Positions 13,896 to 16,872 of a DNA stretch of 16,872 nt are shown here, in pieces (the stretch's first letter is position 1; every line of letters starts with the position of its first letter). The translations under genes were made by a program, and so were the position numbers. This DNA comes from Candidatus Electronema aureum (GTDB lineage Bacteria; Desulfobacterota; Desulfobulbia; Desulfobulbales; Desulfobulbaceae): positions 1-16,872 of the forward strand of contig NQJD01000044.1 in assembly GCA_004284765.1 (NCBI GenBank), written 5' to 3'. Below the pieces are notes generated by a model, which worked only from the letters and a program-made list of their open reading frames with translations, was not told the DNA's origin and ran no database searches.

Positions 13896-14585
13896 TCAAA
13901 GCAAACTGACCACCGCCAGCATCCGCTCCGCCACCTCGTCTGCTGTCAGCTCAGAGGCATCTATCAGCACCGCGTCCTCAGCCATGCGCAGCGGGGCGAT
14001 GGTGCGTTCGCGGTCGTTGCGGTCACGCTCGATGATCTGGGCGAGCAGCTCCGCTTCATCCGGCACGGCCTGCCCCTTGGCGCGGAGCTGCCCAACTCGC
14101 CGTCGGCACCGCTCTTCAGGCGGCGCGTCCAAGTAGAACTTCCACGCCGCAGCCGGGAAAACCACCGTGCCGGTGTCACGGCCTTCAGCGACGATCTCCC
14201 CTGCCCTGCCCATCTTCTGCTGCAAGGCAGTCAGCGTTGATCTCACTGTCGGCAAGGCGGAGACCTGCGAGGCCATCATTCCCGCTTCCGGGCTGCGGAT
14301 GGCCGCGCTGATGTCCTCGTCATGCAGGAACACCCGCACATCATCTCCCTCGTGCAATGGCGGCAGCAGACGGATATCCAGCCGCGCAAGCAGGACGTTG
14401 AGCGCAGCTGAATCAGCCAGTTCGATGCCCGCCTGCCTGCATTGAAAACCGACCGCCCGGTACATCGCCCCAGTGTCCAAATACGTCCAGCCAAGGGCCG
14501 CAGCCACCTTGCGGCTGACCGTGGATTTGCCCACACCGGACGGGCCGTCAATCGTGACCACCTTCAGCCGCATCGCGCCGCTCAT
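13896..14585 (-). CDS. cmk: Cytidylate kinase
   Basis: IDGPSGVGKSTVSRKVAAALGWTYLDTGAMYRAV is the P-loop plus CMP-binding opening typical of Cmk. I chose the start at ATG 14585 (MSGAMRLKVVTIDGP...), which has GGGGA 7 nt upstream. The track ORF extends to 14666, but that would add about 27 non-conserved residues. Confidence 0.88.
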   Translation of the reverse strand: MSGAMRLKVVTIDGPSGVGKSTVSRKVAAALGWTYLDTGAMYRAVGFQCRQAGIELADSAALNVLLARLDIRLLPPLHEGDDVRVFLHDEDISAAIRSPEAGMMASQVSALPTVRSTLTALQQKMGRAGEIVAEGRDTGTVVFPAAAWKFYLDAPPEERCRRRVGQLRAKGQAVPDEAELLAQIIERDRNDRERTIAPLRMAEDAVLIDASELTADEVAERMLAVVSLL

Positions 14586-14669
14586 AACCATTTCCCCTTC
14601 CATAAGAGCCTCTGCATAGTCTGCTGGTATGCTACTCGGCATACGGGTTGATATGCCCCTCGGCATGTT

Positions 14670-16319
14670 TTACAGCTGATGGGCGAGGGCCGCTGCGATG
14701 AAGGCCCGGAAGAGCGGATGCGGCAGCATGGGCTTGGATTTGAACTCAGGGTGGAACTGGCAGCCGAGGAACCACGGATGCCCGCCAAGTTCGACGATCT
14801 CAACCAGACTGCCGTCCGGCGAGGAACCGCTTATGACCATCCCTGCCTGCTCCAGACGTTCACGGTAGAGCGTGTTGAACTCATAGCGATGTCTGTGCCG
14901 CTCGCTGATCTCGCTCTGCGCGTAGGCGGCATGGGCGAGGCTGTTTGCTTGCAGCACGCATGGGTAGGCACCAAGGCGCAATGTCCCTCCCATGTCGGAG
15001 CGCTCATCCCTTGTTTCCGTCCTGCCGCTGCGGAAGTCAAACCACTCCTTCATCAGGTAGATGACTGGGTGGGCAGTGGCCGGGTTCAGCTCCACCGAAT
15101 CCGCTCCCTCAAGCCCAGCAACATTGCGGGCGAATTCCACCACCGCCAGCTGCATCCCCAGGCAGATGCCAAAGAACGGCACCTTGCTTTCTCTGGCGTG
15201 CTGAATGGCCCTGATCTTCCCTTCCGTGCCTCGGCTGCCAAAGCCTCCGGGCACCAGTATGCCGTCGCAGTCTGCCAGCTCATTCACAGAGCCGCCGCCT
15301 TCCAAGTCATCTGCCGCGATATAGCGCAGATGCACCTTGGCATCGCAGGCCAAGCCGCCGTGAATCAGGGCCTCATGCAGGCTTTTGTACGCCTCTTTCA
15401 GCTCCACATATTTGCCGGTGATGCCTATGGTCACGCTGCGCGACGGACTCTTGCTCCGCCTGACCAGATCCTGCCAAGGAGCGATGTTTGGTGCACCTGT
15501 CCAGATGCCCAACTTCTGGAGGATGCGGTGGTCTGCTCCCTCCTCATGCAGGCGCAAAGGCAGCTCGTAGATGTTGTCCACATCAACGGCTGTGAAGACC
15601 GCTTCCGCCTCGATGTTGCAGAAGAGGGCAATCTTTTTCTTCACCCCTGCGTCCAAGGGTGTTTCGGTGCGGCAAATAAGGATGTCGGGCTGAATGCCTG
15701 CGGCCAGCAGCTCTTTAACAGAGTGTTGTGTTGGCTTGGTCTTTATCTCGCCGGCGGTCTTAATGAACGGAACTAATGTCAGGTGAATGAACAGTGAGTA
15801 GTCACGCCCCAAGTCGCCTCGCAGCTGGCGGATGGCCTCGATGAAGGGCAGGCCCTCAATGTCTCCGACCGTGCCGCCTATCTCCACTATTGCCACGTCC
15901 GCCATCCCGTCTAACTGCATGACGGAACGTTTGATCTCATCGGTGATATGCGGAATCATCTGCACAGTGCCGCCAAGGTACTCGCCGCGCCGCTCCTTCA
16001 TGATCACCGAATAATATATCCGGCCAGATGTGTAGTTGTTGATCCGCCCCATGACCGCCTTGGTATAGCGTTCATAGTGGCCCATATCGAGGTCAGTTTC
16101 CGCGCCGTCGTCCGTTACATAGACCTCACCATGCTGGAAGGGATTCATCGTTCCAGGGTCAACATTGATGTAGGGATCAAGCTTTTGGAAGGTAACGGTC
16201 ATACCTCTGCTTTCCAGCAGAGCACCGATGGAGGCTGCGGCCAGCCCCTTACCGAGGGAGGAGAGCACGCCTCCGGTGATGAAGATGAATTTTGTCTTTC
16301 TACTGGCTTGGATGTCCAT
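14670..16319 (-). CDS. pyrG: CTP synthase
   Basis: 549-aa ORF. N-terminal [17 protein letters not shown] (synthetase domain). The C-terminal glutamine amidotransferase domain has GICLGMQ (nucleophile Cys) and ...HRHRYE. GAGGA lies 5 nt upstream of the ATG. Confidence 0.95.
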   Translation of the reverse strand: MDIQASRKTKFIFITGGVLSSLGKGLAAASIGALLESRGMTVTFQKLDPYINVDPGTMNPFQHGEVYVTDDGAETDLDMGHYERYTKAVMGRINNYTSGRIYYSVIMKERRGEYLGGTVQMIPHITDEIKRSVMQLDGMADVAIVEIGGTVGDIEGLPFIEAIRQLRGDLGRDYSLFIHLTLVPFIKTAGEIKTKPTQHSVKELLAAGIQPDILICRTETPLDAGVKKKIALFCNIEAEAVFTAVDVDNIYELPLRLHEEGADHRILQKLGIWTGAPNIAPWQDLVRRSKSPSRSVTIGITGKYVELKEAYKSLHEALIHGGLACDAKVHLRYIAADDLEGGGSVNELADCDGILVPGGFGSRGTEGKIRAIQHARESKVPFFGICLGMQLAVVEFARNVAGLEGADSVELNPATAHPVIYLMKEWFDFRSGRTETRDERSDMGGTLRLGAYPCVLQANSLAHAAYAQSEISERHRHRYEFNTLYRERLEQAGMVISGSSPDGSLVEIVELGGHPWFLGCQFHPEFKSKPMLPHPLFRAFIAAALAHQL

Positions 16320-16622
16320 TGCTGTCCTCAGTTGTCGGTTCGGAGAGAGTCACGGCCTGACTCGGCTGTCTGCAACGGGAGGAAACAATACTCGATCAGG
16401 AGGGGTTTGGCAACGTTACGATAGGCGAGAAGAGCGGCGGCAAACCCCTATAGTACTTCAGTTTTTAGATCGTCTGGAAAACCGTCTGGCCGCAAACGCT
16501 TAAACTCTTGATGCCGTCAGCTATTTTTTTAATTTTCGCCTTCATGGAAGCCCAAAATTTTTCTATCGGGTTTAAATAAAAATATCAAGAATACCTAATG
16601 TGCAACTCTTAAAAAAGATGCC

Positions 16623-16693
16623 CGATCCATTGGGCGCATCCTGTAGAATAGTGGTATCTAAGCCCTATTCACAAGGAGTGCGCCAATGGATCG
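16623..16693 (+). promoter_or_regulatory. Hairpin enclosing the RBS and start codon of the transposase gene
   Basis: cgatccattgggcgca (16623-16638) pairs with tgcgccaatggatcg (16679-16693), giving 9+6 bp with a 1-nt bulge. The 3' arm contains ATG 16686-16688, and AAGGAG (16673-16678) sits in the loop edge. A regulatory role is inferred. Confidence 0.4.
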
Positions 16694-16872
16694 AGACGAT
16701 TTTGTTATTGCTGTCTTTCTGCTTGTCTGTGAACAATACGGTGTCATCAGGCAGCAATGTCGGCTGCGGCGGGGCGGATTTAACCCTGCCTTAACAGATG
16801 AAGAAGTCATCACTATGGAAATCTGCGGCGAGTATTTCAAACTCGAATGTGATAAGGACATCTTCGCATACT
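16686..16872 (+). mobile_element. 5' portion of a DDE transposase gene, IS982-like; runs off the window
   Basis: This frame is absent from the ORF track because it has no stop. It reads MDRDDFVIAVFLLVCEQYGVIRQQCRLRRGGFNPALTDEEVITMEICGEYFKLECDKDIFAY... The block (S/T)D.E(V/I)I(T/A)M..(C/V)GE....(D/E).(D/E)..(I/W)F.(Y/F) is the N-terminal signature I associate with IS982-family transposases. AAGGAG lies 7 nt upstream. The IS end and inverted repeat could not be located. Confidence 0.6.

Noticed and set aside
14586-14666. Longer cmk start (track ORF begins at 14666)
   Set aside because: The added residues (MPRGISTRMPSSIPADYAEALMEGEMV) precede the usual Cmk N-terminus by about 27 aa and lack an SD. 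ATG 14585 has GGGGA at the proper spacing. This remains a judgement call.
14679-15776. 365-aa plus-strand ORF
   Set aside because: It is antisense to pyrG, whose identity is unambiguous. It is a high-GC shadow ORF with no recognisable motifs.
16600-16861. Track ORFs 16600..16794 (+) and 16658..16861 (-)
   Set aside because: Both overlap a third, unlisted frame (16686 onward) that has a strong SD and a transposase-like N-terminal sequence. The listed ORFs have no support.

Overview
This is a chromosomal window from a diderm bacterium, as shown by a TonB-dependent receptor, a lipobox lipoprotein and Sec signal peptides. The housekeeping genes are der/engA (+), bpt (+), a UspA-family gene (+), cmk (-) and pyrG (-). 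A cobalamin module lies on the minus strand: a sigma70 promoter, a cobalamin riboswitch with an intrinsic terminator, a BtuB-like TonB-dependent receptor and a BtuF-like periplasmic binding protein. A separate cbiB/cobD gene sits further along. Between these two B12-related blocks is a visibly AT-rich accessory cassette of about 2.7 kb, all on the minus strand. It encodes an all-helical lipoprotein, a translationally coupled 110-aa helical protein, a calcineurin-type metallophosphoesterase and a leaderless phospholipase-A2-like protein. None of these matches a characterised system that I recognise, so this cassette is my top candidate for something new. Next to it is a monocistronic secreted 139-aa protein with a consensus promoter and its own terminator. 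An 803-aa LRR-Roc-COR (ROCO) GTPase with recently duplicated LRR modules ends 5 nt upstream of cbiB. The right edge holds the 5' end of an IS982-like transposase whose start codon is buried in a hairpin. Two palindromic elements (25-95 and 13665-13692) account for several spurious ORFs. I found no rRNA, tRNA or CRISPR array. All family calls rest on motif recognition by eye, because no searches could be run.
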